From positions 7,399 to 71,398 of the IMG/VR virus record IMGVR_UViG_2540341244_000005: a stretch of 64,000 nucleotides of DNA; one strand, written 5' to 3'. This document shows, piece by piece, positions 26,368 through 34,642 of this stretch. Numbering within the stretch: position 1 is the first letter of the stretch; the number at the start of each line of letters is the position of its first letter. The DNA comes from a virus (Duplodnaviria > Caudoviricetes). A model generated the notes under the pieces. That model was not told the origin of the DNA. It did no database searches and saw only the letters and a list, made by a program, of their open reading frames with translations. A program made the translations under genes and the position numbers.

Positions 26368-27792
26368 TTAGAGCAGCAGGTCGATGCGGCCGGCGAACAC
26401 GTGCAGGCCGTTGACCACGTCGGCCGGAATCTTGGCGTCCAGCCGGTTGGGGTCTTGCAGGTCGCGCTCGACAATAAGCCCCGGCAGGTTGGCCTTGACC
26501 TCCTCCACGATCTCCAGCTCCTCCAGCTTGTAGAGCACGTCGATGAGTTCGCTTCGCACCTTGGCCGCCGTGCGGTTGGTCAGCTTTTCGCGCGGGAAAC
26601 GCAGGGATATGCGCTCGCGGCAGGCCGTGCGGATGTAATCCAGGGTGCGGATGGTGGTGAGGTCCAAGAGCGCGATGTCTTCCACGCCCTGGGGGTCGCG
26701 GGTGTAGGTGGTAATCGCCCGCACGATCTGCACCTTTTCGCCCGGGCCGACCTCAAGCGGCGTGCAACCGTTGTAGAGCGCCGACTCCTGTTCCATGCGC
26801 CCCAGGCGCTTGGCCACCGGCGGCACGGCCACCGGGGACAGGGCCAGGGTATTGAGCGGCCGGGCCGGGTCCTCCTCGCTGGCGATGACAGAGGCATACG
26901 CGGCCGCCACCTCCCAGGCCGGCGAGGTGGTGCCGGGCAAAAGCGCGCAGGTGATGCGGCCGGAATTGATCTGGCCGGCCAGGGTGGTGGCCTGGGCCAG
27001 GGTGCCGGTGTGGGCATAGACGCCGATGGCTCCGCGCTGCTCCAGAGCGTGGCTGACCGCGTCCAGGTGGGAGCGCAGCGCGGTCAATTGGGCTTGGGCG
27101 GTATAGGGTACGGCGACGATCACGTGGCCGTCGGCAAAGATGGCGGCCAGCGCCGGGGCAATGTCCGGGTCCACCATGCCGCCGGCCATGGGCGCAACGA
27201 CCGCCGCCAGCCCGGGCACGGCCAGGGAGCAGGTCAAGGCGACGCCGTTGCCGGCGGCCCCCTTGTTGCGGGCGGTGATCGTCAGCACGCCGCCGACCGC
27301 CGCAGCGGTCACGGGCAGGGTGCGGTTGACGTTGATCCGCTCGGCCAGGGCTGCGGCGACGGTCTGGGCCGTGTCGGTCAAGGCGGCGGCCACCTGCACC
27401 AACTGCGCGCCGATGGTCAGGTTGACCACGCCGGCCCCGGTGGCCGTGCCGGTCAGGGTCACCTTGCCGGATGCCGCTATGCCGGCCGCGTCGTCGGCCA
27501 CGGTGATGACGGTCAGGCGCAGATAGGGGTTGGCGGTGATGGCCGCGCGCACCATGAGGTGGGCCAGGGAGCCGGTGCCAAAGAGCGTGCGCGCCTCCTC
27601 ATCGGAAAAGACGTCCACCGGCGTCAGCACGGGCTGGCTGCCCTCTGCCGTGCCTTGCCCCACGATGAGCATGCGCTGCACGTTGGCCGGCAGGGTGCGC
27701 ACCGCCAGCTTGGTATTGAACTCGAAATACTTGCCGGGCTTGCGGATGGAAGCCGGCAAGGTGTCGAAGCTGATGTTGGGGCTGGCCATCAT
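26368..27792 (-). CDS. Tail sheath protein (Mu gpL)
   Basis: ISFDTLPASIRKPG.Y.EF...EEDPARPL...PADVVNGLHVFA. Confidence 0.95.
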   Translation of the reverse strand: MMASPNISFDTLPASIRKPGKYFEFNTKLAVRTLPANVQRMLIVGQGTAEGSQPVLTPVDVFSDEEARTLFGTGSLAHLMVRAAITANPYLRLTVITVADDAAGIAASGKVTLTGTATGAGVVNLTIGAQLVQVAAALTDTAQTVAAALAERINVNRTLPVTAAAVGGVLTITARNKGAAGNGVALTCSLAVPGLAAVVAPMAGGMVDPDIAPALAAIFADGHVIVAVPYTAQAQLTALRSHLDAVSHALEQRGAIGVYAHTGTLAQATTLAGQINSGRITCALLPGTTSPAWEVAAAYASVIASEEDPARPLNTLALSPVAVPPVAKRLGRMEQESALYNGCTPLEVGPGEKVQIVRAITTYTRDPQGVEDIALLDLTTIRTLDYIRTACRERISLRFPREKLTNRTAAKVRSELIDVLYKLEELEIVEEVKANLPGLIVERDLQDPNRLDAKIPADVVNGLHVFAGRIDLLL

Positions 27793-28007
27793 TCCTCCTT
27801 GGCAGCGGGCTCGGCCTTGGCCGCCGGCTTGGGCGCGGCGGCGGCAGCGGGCTCCTCGCCCAGGTCGCCGTCCGTCATGCGGCGGCGGTAGTAGGCGCTG
27901 TCCGGCACGGCCACGGCGGCGGCGTCGGTGATATGGCGGCGCGGCATACCCTCCATGGGCACGCGCAGGCCCGGGGCGGCCTTGACGGTTATGGTCGTGG
28001 GGGTCAC
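27789..28007 (-). CDS. DUF2635 (Mu gp38-like) protein
   Basis: VKAAPGLRVP.E...YYRRR..DGDL; GTG start with AGGAG RBS. Confidence 0.85.
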   Translation of the reverse strand: MTPTTITVKAAPGLRVPMEGMPRRHITDAAAVAVPDSAYYRRRMTDGDLGEEPAAAAAPKPAAKAEPAAKEE

Positions 28008-28582
28008 GGGGTATCTCCTTTCAGGGTGACCAAATCGGCGGCGTCGGGGACGCCGTCGTCGGGCTGCAAGTGGTAATCGAGGCCCACACGCTCCAGCAGG
28101 GGCGGCTCGGGCGCTTCCAGTTCGCGCAGGCGCAGCGGGTAGATGGTGTGCCACTCCAGGGCGAAGGCGGACACGGCCTGGCCCTTGAGGCTGGCGCTCA
28201 CCAACGTGCGGGCGCGGCCCGGCACGAAGGGGTCTATTTCCAGGCCCAGGTCTTGAAACGTGAGCAGCCGACGCACGTCCTCGATCATGCGGTAGGTGCC
28301 GACTTGCTTGCCGTCGCCCTGGCGGGTGGCCGTCTCGGAGCGCAGGTTCCTGGCCCCGACCAGCACCACGAAGGTGGCCGGAATGTGCCAGACGTCGCGG
28401 CTGGTGCTGGCCGGCTTGGCCGGGCCGTCGTGGCCGAAGCACACCCACATGGCCGGGAAGCGCCGCACCACTTGGTCCAGGCCCTCGTCGAACTCGCCGC
28501 CGTAGGTGGCGACGGTCGGCTTGTAGGGCAGGTCCGCCGCCGCGAGTCGGTGCTTTATGGCCTCCTCGATGACGGCGATCAC
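28004..28582 (-). CDS. DUF1834/gp37-like tail terminator
   Basis: IE.AI..RL...VATYGGE...PA.WV.F; position after gp36. Confidence 0.85.
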   Translation of the reverse strand: MIAVIEEAIKHRLAAADLPYKPTVATYGGEFDEGLDQVVRRFPAMWVCFGHDGPAKPASTSRDVWHIPATFVVLVGARNLRSETATRQGDGKQVGTYRMIEDVRRLLTFQDLGLEIDPFVPGRARTLVSASLKGQAVSAFALEWHTIYPLRLRELEAPEPPLLERVGLDYHLQPDDGVPDAADLVTLKGDTP

Positions 28583-28725
28583 GCCTCACCCTCCACGACC
28601 GGCCGCCGGTTAAGCGCCGCCGTGACAAGCCCGGCATCCACCGCGTCGGTGTGCTCCCGGTCGGTGATGGCCACCAGCTCATCCAGGCCGAAGGCGGCCG
28701 TCATGTCGTCCAGGGTGGCGTACAT
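28579..28725 (-). pseudogene. gp36 (DUF1320) head-tail adaptor with in-frame internal deletion
   Basis: MYATLDDMTAAFGLDELVAITDR...AALNR is a gp36 N-terminus joined to RPVVEGEA*; 48 aa versus 147 aa for the intact paralogue at 43559. Confidence 0.8.
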
Positions 28726-29100
28726 TTATTTGCCCTCGGCCCCAGGCTCGGGGGCCGGGTCATCGTCGAAGCCGAAATCCTCGTCGCCGGCATCGGCCTC
28801 GGCGGCTTCGCCTTGGCAGGACACGGAAGCGCCGGCCGCATCGGCTTGAGCAGTGCCGGATTCAGGGCCGGCGGGCGCGGCCTGCTTCCCCTTGCGGGGC
28901 GGCGTCGGGGCCTTGGGCGGCTCCTGGGGCGGGTCGATGGTTTCCACTTCCAGGTCGGGGTCGGCCCTCAAGATGGCGAGCTGCTCCTCGGTGATGGCGC
29001 CCGGCGGGATGTCGCCGGGTTCGGCCTCGTGCTTGCGGCCGGCCCGGTAATGGCCGCCGCGCAGGCTGCGGGTGCGCACGATGGCGGAAACCTTGCTCAT
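28726..29100 (-). CDS. Mu gp35/HI1506-like protein
   Basis: YRAGR.H...TEEQLAILRADPDL.V. Confidence 0.75.
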   Translation of the reverse strand: MSKVSAIVRTRSLRGGHYRAGRKHEAEPGDIPPGAITEEQLAILRADPDLEVETIDPPQEPPKAPTPPRKGKQAAPAGPESGTAQADAAGASVSCQGEAAEADAGDEDFGFDDDPAPEPGAEGK

Positions 29101-29109
29101 GGCGGCCTC

Positions 29110-30015
29110 CTAGTTGAGCCAGGGCGTGACCAGCACGTCCACGATGCCCGCGTTGGGGTTGTCCGAGCCGTCGGCGCGCCGGGCCACCTGCACCACCTCG
29201 GCGGCGGCGGTGCGCAGATTGGTGGGCACCACCAGCAAGGTGGGCTTGATGCCAAGCGGCCGGCCGCCATCCGCCTTGAACGCGGTCATGGCGTCGTAGG
29301 CGGCATTGAAGTTGTCGTCATTGAGCGGCTTTTTCGAGCAATAGGCCGTCTGCCAGAAGCCGAAGCCGGAGTTGCAGCGGTAGCGGATGCCGAAACGGTA
29401 TTCGTCGGTCATGAAGACCGCCTCGTCGTCGGCGCGGGTCATGCTGGTCAGCTCGGGCTTGGTGCGCTCCTGGAAGAGCACGGGCTTGAGCACGCGCGAG
29501 GTGTCGAGCAGATACCAGGGGATGTCGGTGCCGTCGGCGATGTTGGCGATGGTGGCAGCCGCGCCGGTGCCGTCCACGTTGGGATAGACCGGGTGGTCGG
29601 TGTCGAAGAAGTACTGGCCGTCGAAGCACAGGGTGGACAGCCCCAGACGCAGCAGGCCGTAGACCAGTTCATCCGGGAAGCTTTTGGCCGCCCGGCCCAT
29701 CTCGCCGAAAAGCGGCTTGTAGATGCCGACTTCGTCGTCCTCGATGTCGGTGCGCTTGACCCCCACCGTGGACTCGAAGAGCTTGTTGGTGATGCTGTAG
29801 CCGTGGGCCGCCATGTCCCTCAGCACGCGAGGCCCCACCCATTCGACGAGCTGGGGGAACTGGCCCAGCCAGCCGTAGGTGTTGGACTTGGAGGTGGACG
29901 GCATAAGGGTGGCCACCTTGTCCCAATGCGACGGCGTCTCGCCGTAGACGCGCTGGAACTCGGCCCGAAAGCCGGTGAACAGGGCGCTGACCAGCGCCGG
30001 GGTGATGATCGCCAT
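29110..30015 (-). CDS. Major capsid protein (Mu gpT family)
   Basis: NTYGWLG.FP...EW.G.R...IEDD..G.Y...CFDGQYFFDTDHPV...GFWQ.A. Confidence 0.95.
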   Translation of the reverse strand: MAIITPALVSALFTGFRAEFQRVYGETPSHWDKVATLMPSTSKSNTYGWLGQFPQLVEWVGPRVLRDMAAHGYSITNKLFESTVGVKRTDIEDDEVGIYKPLFGEMGRAAKSFPDELVYGLLRLGLSTLCFDGQYFFDTDHPVYPNVDGTGAAATIANIADGTDIPWYLLDTSRVLKPVLFQERTKPELTSMTRADDEAVFMTDEYRFGIRYRCNSGFGFWQTAYCSKKPLNDDNFNAAYDAMTAFKADGGRPLGIKPTLLVVPTNLRTAAAEVVQVARRADGSDNPNAGIVDVLVTPWLN

Positions 30016-31173
30016 TTACTTGGTCTCCTTGGCGGTGGCGTAGAGGTCTTCGGGGATGCCAAGCAGCTTGGCCGCTTCCTTTTCCTCGGCCGTGAGCGCG
30101 GCCGTGGTGGCACCGGCCGGCGGCGGTGTGACGGTTGCGGTCTGCATGGCGGTCAGCGCGGCCACGGGCGCGGCCTTGGCCAGGTAGTCCCGGGCCGCGT
30201 CCGGGTTCTTGGCCACCAGGTCGGCCAGCCAACCTTCCAGCGACTTATGCACCCGGCCATCGGCCACGGCGGCCTTGATCTCGGCAGACAAGGCAGCCGC
30301 GCCGTTTTGGGTCGAGGCTTCGGCCAGCTTGGCCTTGAGGTCGGTGTTTTCCGCCGTCAGCGCGGTCAGCGCTTCGACCGGCGCGAACCTGGCCGGGTCG
30401 GGCTTGTCCAGCTTGGCGGTCAGGTCGGCAATGGCGGCATCCTTGCCGGCCAGAACGGCGAGCAAGTCCACGCTGGCGGCCGTCTCGGCCCCGGTCGTGA
30501 CCTGGGTCTTCAAGGCGTCCAGCCGCGCCGTCACGTCCTCGGCGGTGGCGGCCACCGGCAGGTTGAGCAGAAAGCGCAGGCGCTTGAGCAGTTCGTCCAT
30601 GCAATCCTCCGGTTGGGGTTGATCGGTTTGGGAAACGGCGACCTGCCGCACGGCAGCCACGGCGGCCATGCCGTCCAAGGCCGGGTTGTTGGTGAGCGCG
30701 GCGTTGACGAGGGACAGCACAGCCCCGGTTTCGGGATCAAAGGTGAAAAGCGGCGAGATATAGCGGTATTCGTCGGAGCGAATGTGGGCGCGCGCGGCGT
30801 CGGTCCAAGCCACGCGGGCAAAGAGGCCCCGGCCTGGAACGTAGGCAAGCGCCTCGATCCAGCCGGCGGCCACGGCCTTGTGGCCGGCGTCCTTGGCGGT
30901 CAGGGTATGATGCTCGTAGTCGATGAAAAGTGGCGTTTCGCGGGTGTTGGCCCGGGCAATCAGCGCGGCGGCGATGTCGGCGTCGAGCCGCCAAGCCTTG
31001 GCGGAACAGCCTTTGAGGCTGCCCGGCCGGCCGTCCCGGGCGTCGAAGTCGCCATCCGGGAAGAGCTGGACGTTGCAGCTGTCGGGCAGGAAAGCGGCGT
31101 CGGCCGCCGGGGCCAGGGAAATGGCCAGGGCGGCCGTGGCGTGTGTTATCGGGGAGTGGGTCGCGTTGCGCAT
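30016..31173 (-). CDS. Mu gpI-like prohead protease/scaffold
   Basis: P.G.F.ARDGRP...IDYEH...AAGW...YRYISP.F...ALTNNPAL. Confidence 0.93.
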   Translation of the reverse strand: MRNATHSPITHATAALAISLAPAADAAFLPDSCNVQLFPDGDFDARDGRPGSLKGCSAKAWRLDADIAAALIARANTRETPLFIDYEHHTLTAKDAGHKAVAAGWIEALAYVPGRGLFARVAWTDAARAHIRSDEYRYISPLFTFDPETGAVLSLVNAALTNNPALDGMAAVAAVRQVAVSQTDQPQPEDCMDELLKRLRFLLNLPVAATAEDVTARLDALKTQVTTGAETAASVDLLAVLAGKDAAIADLTAKLDKPDPARFAPVEALTALTAENTDLKAKLAEASTQNGAAALSAEIKAAVADGRVHKSLEGWLADLVAKNPDAARDYLAKAAPVAALTAMQTATVTPPPAGATTAALTAEEKEAAKLLGIPEDLYATAKETK

Positions 31174-31225
31174 GTCCGCCACGCTAGTGGCGGAGGGGGG
31201 ATGCGCGATAGGTGAAGGGGTTCAG
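31174..31225 (-). promoter_or_regulatory. Putative activator-dependent late promoter (copy 2, PI-equivalent)
   Basis: CTGAACCCCTTCACCTATC (31207-31225), -10-like TAGCGT 7 nt before ATG 31173. Confidence 0.7.
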
Positions 31226-31235
31226 GAGGTTTTAA

Positions 31236-32561
31236 TTAACAACGATTAATAATTTCCATAATCTCCCTGTATTTGTAGGCTGCAATATTTAAATCGCCGT
31301 TTTCTTTTTCCACTCGACGCTTTATAAGGTCTCTATTGCATGGAATCATTGTGTTCCATTCAAAGTTCCACGTATCATATGCTGCCCATGATGATCCAAT
31401 AGATCTATTTTTTGACATTGTTCTCATTGAAGACATGACAGCATCTAGATAGTCACTCTCAATTGCTGTTCCATTTATTTCCAATAATGTCCCCAAATAA
31501 ACTAGCCAAGATGCCAAGTGGTCATACTGATCCCATGCATTTCTTTCGGATGACAAGCTTTGTTTTTGGTTAATAATTCCTTTTAACGCATCAACAACGT
31601 CAGGAGAGTCCACGCTTTTCCCAACAGCAAAAAGCGAAGCAATTATTTCAAAAAAAGATGATCTTAATTTTAAATAGACATTGTCGTAGCACCCCCCGGC
31701 TAATACCTCCCGAATTTTTTTTCTGCTTATTTCAACAATGTCTTGTGCCTGTGAAAGTTCCTGGGTTACTTTTTCGAAGAAATCATGTATTTCCAATTCA
31801 TCAATAACTCTAATGCCAAAACAATGCGCATAATAATCCTTTAGGTAAGTATCTATTCGATTATTTGATACAAAAAATATATTTTTTCCTATGGAATGGC
31901 TGGTCAAAAATAAATTACTATCATTAATTATTGCTTTTAGATTGTTGTCTCCGAGAGAGTATCCTAAGATAACAACTGTATTTTCATGTAATAAGGTACT
32001 CATTTTTCGTGAAAAATATGAATCATTGTTTGAGAATTGAAAATAATCACTTGCAGTGACCACCATATGTCGCGGGTGGTCAATTGAACCATGAATATGG
32101 TAGACACTGGTCTTTAAAGAAGAACGCGGAATTGGGAGTCCTGGAGAAAGTGAATGGCAGTCATCAGGATCCGACAATTCTTCGATAAGCTTATCATAAT
32201 TTGTTGTAATGATATTAAGCGGAACTGCTTTGAAAAATTCTTTAATAATATCGTTATCACCCGACATGGAAATTCCAGATATTATGCGTGAAATTATAAT
32301 TCTAATATCTTCGCTGTAATTTTCAAGGTTTATTGATATAATCTCAGCGGCTTCTTCAAGGCTTACCGGGCAGACTCCCCCAGACGGGAATAGTATGCCT
32401 TTTAAGGTAGACGAGACTGGAAGTTCATCACATACTTCTTCTAATAAACTTCGCCAGCTTGGGGCTTGATTTGAAGTTACTGCTTTTGAAAATCCTGTTC
32501 CAGTAAAGAGGCACAACCGGTTGGAAGCGGCAGCATATGCGATTTCAAAAAATGCGCTCAA
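31236..32561 (-). CDS. SIR2-family (SIR2_2) protein, AT-rich moron, candidate anti-phage NADase
   Basis: LFTGTGFS, IITTNYD, YHIHGS, VILGYSLGD motifs; TTG start at 32561 after GGGAG; low GC. Confidence 0.88.
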   Translation of the reverse strand: MSAFFEIAYAAASNRLCLFTGTGFSKAVTSNQAPSWRSLLEEVCDELPVSSTLKGILFPSGGVCPVSLEEAAEIISINLENYSEDIRIIISRIISGISMSGDNDIIKEFFKAVPLNIITTNYDKLIEELSDPDDCHSLSPGLPIPRSSLKTSVYHIHGSIDHPRHMVVTASDYFQFSNNDSYFSRKMSTLLHENTVVILGYSLGDNNLKAIINDSNLFLTSHSIGKNIFFVSNNRIDTYLKDYYAHCFGIRVIDELEIHDFFEKVTQELSQAQDIVEISRKKIREVLAGGCYDNVYLKLRSSFFEIIASLFAVGKSVDSPDVVDALKGIINQKQSLSSERNAWDQYDHLASWLVYLGTLLEINGTAIESDYLDAVMSSMRTMSKNRSIGSSWAAYDTWNFEWNTMIPCNRDLIKRRVEKENGDLNIAAYKYREIMEIINRC

Positions 32562-32687
32562 AATTTTGTCTCCCAATAACCGGCCGCAGTGCTCATTTTG
32601 AACTACCCAGAAGGCCGTTAAGCATCCGTTAGAATTTATCCTAAACTCTATAGCTGCACTTTGATGCCCCGGCAAGTCCCTCAGCCA

Positions 32688-33049
32688 TCACCGCCCCTCC
32701 AACACCTGTAGCAGCGATTCTAACGCCACCTCCTCGATTTCTGCCTCATCCTCCGGCCCGACCCCAAAAAACCGCCTCGCCGGGATGTCGCCCCAAGGAA
32801 TGGGCGTCCCTCTCCGGGTGCTGCCGTACTGCCCTTTCTTGGCTCCGAACTGGTGAGTGGCGGCCTTGACGTCGGCGGTGCCGACGCGGGCGAAGTCCGG
32901 GCCGTGCTCGCTATGGATGGAGCCGGCCAGGATGCCGCTGACGATGAGGATCGGCTGGCCGGCGTTGTGTCGCGGCCGCTGGCGATGAGGCGGCGCAGGG
33001 CGGCGAGCAGCCGGGGAGACGGGATGTAGATCTCGATCATGTCGGACAT
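32688..33049 (-). pseudogene. Virion morphogenesis protein gpG (Phage_tail_S family), deleted and frameshifted
   Basis: N-terminus MSDMIEI...DTTPA joins out of frame at GGCCGG (~32957-32962) to GQPILIVSG.LAGSI...AATHQFG...IPARRFLG. Confidence 0.85.
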
Positions 33050-33092
33050 GGCGCTTGCGTCCCTCCGGGCGAGTGGTTAAACGATAGACAAA

Positions 33093-33184
33093 GGCGGTCG
33101 CGACACGGTGTTATTCTCCCAGCCGTAGCACGGGCACATGCCCGGCGCGCCATGCGGGGTTCCCGGGAGGCCCCGCCGACCGCC
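33093..33184 (-). ncRNA. Putative four-way-junction RNA with kissing loop downstream of MuF
   Basis: P1 GGCGGUCG/CGACCGCC, P2 GCGGGG/CCCCGC, P3 CGGGC/GCCCG, P4 ACGG/CCGU; loop CUCCCG complementary to loop UGGGAG. Confidence 0.55.
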
Positions 33185-33188
33185 CCTA

Positions 33189-34421
33189 TTATTTCCCGCC
33201 TTCCCACAAGACTTTTCCCCGTCGTTTGAGTGATTCCACATCCTGGGCGTTCGTCTTGCGAAATGAGGTGACGTAGACGGTTTCCCTGGCGGCGTCGGCC
33301 TTGATGGCGGCCATGAACCAGCGTGACTCCTTGCGGGCCAGCACCAGCTTGCGCCCGTCCACCTGGATGACCAGGTCCGGCCTGGCTCCCAGCTCCGGCA
33401 GCAGCCCATAGTCCTCGGACGTCAGTTCCGGGTGGTGGCGGAGGTTCTTGACGGCCGAATCAGCCGACAGCACGGCCACCTCGGTCTTGGCCTTGATGGC
33501 CTTGGCCGCCTTTTCGGACAGACGCATGACCGGCCAATCCCCTTCGGGACGTTTCAGGAACCGTGCAAAGCCGTCCGACCGCACCGTCTCCCGTAGCGCC
33601 AGGTCGGCGGCCTCGCGTGGGGCCATGGCCAGGGACGTGGCCAGCTTCTGCCCCAGGGTGGCCATCCAGGATCGGCCCGGGTTGGAGGCCCAGCCCGGGT
33701 CGGTCTGCATGCGCACGTTCGTATCTGGATCGGTGAACACCGCCATCCTAGCCGTGCGGCCGTCGCGCGCGATCCGCACGTCCTCATGGCGGATCTTGCC
33801 GGCCGAGGAGTCGACCTTGATGCCCTTGCGCTCCAGGCGCTCGCCGGACAAGGCCCGCACGCGGCAGCGACAGTTCCAGCCGTTCGGCGGGTAAAAACTG
33901 CTCCAGAAGGGGTCGTCGTAGCGGTACGTTCTGCCGTTCATGGCCGCGTGGGCCGGCCGGGTGCGGGCGTCCATGACGGCCACGTACATCCAGTAGGGTT
34001 GCTCCTCGGCGTTTTCGAGCTGCTCGCTGTAGCGGCCGGCGGCGTAGGCCGTGGCCAGGTTGGTCTCGTAGATGGTTTTGAGTCGCCACGGGCTGCCGAG
34101 CTGGGCTCGGCGCACCTCGCCGGTGCGGGGATCGACGATTTCCTGCTTGCCCCACCAGCCCTTTGCCTGGAGGATCGGCGTCAGCTCCTTGGCGAACTGG
34201 CGTTGCGTCAGGCCCTGGTCTAGGGCTTTTTGAACGGCGCCTCGAATGTCGGCCAGGATGTCCAGCTTGACGCATTTGGCCACGGTGAAGCTTTTGGCCT
34301 GCGCCTCGGCGAGCAGCTCGTGCCAGTCAAAGGTGATGGCGTAGCCCTTGGCCTGGAAATAGGCGATGGCCCGTTCCGGCGGCAGGCCGAGGGCGAATTT
34401 AAGGTCGGGGACGTCGGGCAT
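33189..34421 (-). CDS. Mu gpF head morphogenesis protein with C-terminal extension (PBECR-like nuclease candidate)
   Basis: LQAKGWWG, RLKTIYETN, D.RTRPAH, PPNGWNCRC; C-terminus KNLRHHPEL..EDY..LP...YVTSFRK. Confidence 0.9.
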   Translation of the reverse strand: MPDVPDLKFALGLPPERAIAYFQAKGYAITFDWHELLAEAQAKSFTVAKCVKLDILADIRGAVQKALDQGLTQRQFAKELTPILQAKGWWGKQEIVDPRTGEVRRAQLGSPWRLKTIYETNLATAYAAGRYSEQLENAEEQPYWMYVAVMDARTRPAHAAMNGRTYRYDDPFWSSFYPPNGWNCRCRVRALSGERLERKGIKVDSSAGKIRHEDVRIARDGRTARMAVFTDPDTNVRMQTDPGWASNPGRSWMATLGQKLATSLAMAPREAADLALRETVRSDGFARFLKRPEGDWPVMRLSEKAAKAIKAKTEVAVLSADSAVKNLRHHPELTSEDYGLLPELGARPDLVIQVDGRKLVLARKESRWFMAAIKADAARETVYVTSFRKTNAQDVESLKRRGKVLWEGGK

Positions 34422-34423
34422 GG

Positions 34424-34639
34424 CTACGCGCCTTTGTCGGGGAAGGCTTCACGCCAAAGCTGCGTGAAAAAGAGGCGATATTCCTTGAGGTACTCCATGA
34501 TGTCATCTCGAAGCGTAGCGCAGACATCACGACCCGCACGGGCGGAAATCCACAAGGCGTCACCGAAAAAGACCAAAGGTGCGAGGGCGCATACGACAGC
34601 TAGTCGAACACGCGGATGCCGCGACAACCACACTCGCAT
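34424..34639 (-). CDS. Small hypothetical membrane protein
   Basis: 71 aa between portal and F; GGAGG RBS. Confidence 0.5.
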   Translation of the reverse strand: MRVWLSRHPRVRLAVVCALAPLVFFGDALWISARAGRDVCATLRDDIMEYLKEYRLFFTQLWREAFPDKGA

Positions 34640-34642
34640 GGC

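Larger units (their letters stand above)
10726..33049 (-). mobile_element. Mu-type late module (head, neck, contractile tail, fibres, com-mom) of a second transposable prophage
   Basis: Gene order G-I-T-gp35-36-37-38-L-M-TAC-TMP-N-P-gp45-46-47-48-fibre-com-mom is collinear with phage Mu. Confidence 0.92.

Noticed and set aside
32562-32675. N-terminal extension of the SIR2 ORF given in the ORF track
   Set aside because: A better start (TTG at 32561) has a GGGAG RBS; the upstream part looks like intergenic sequence
33077-33409. 110-aa overlapping ORF as a MuF immunity protein
   Set aside because: Out-of-frame overlap with gpF, no RBS, and composition typical of a spurious GC-rich frame
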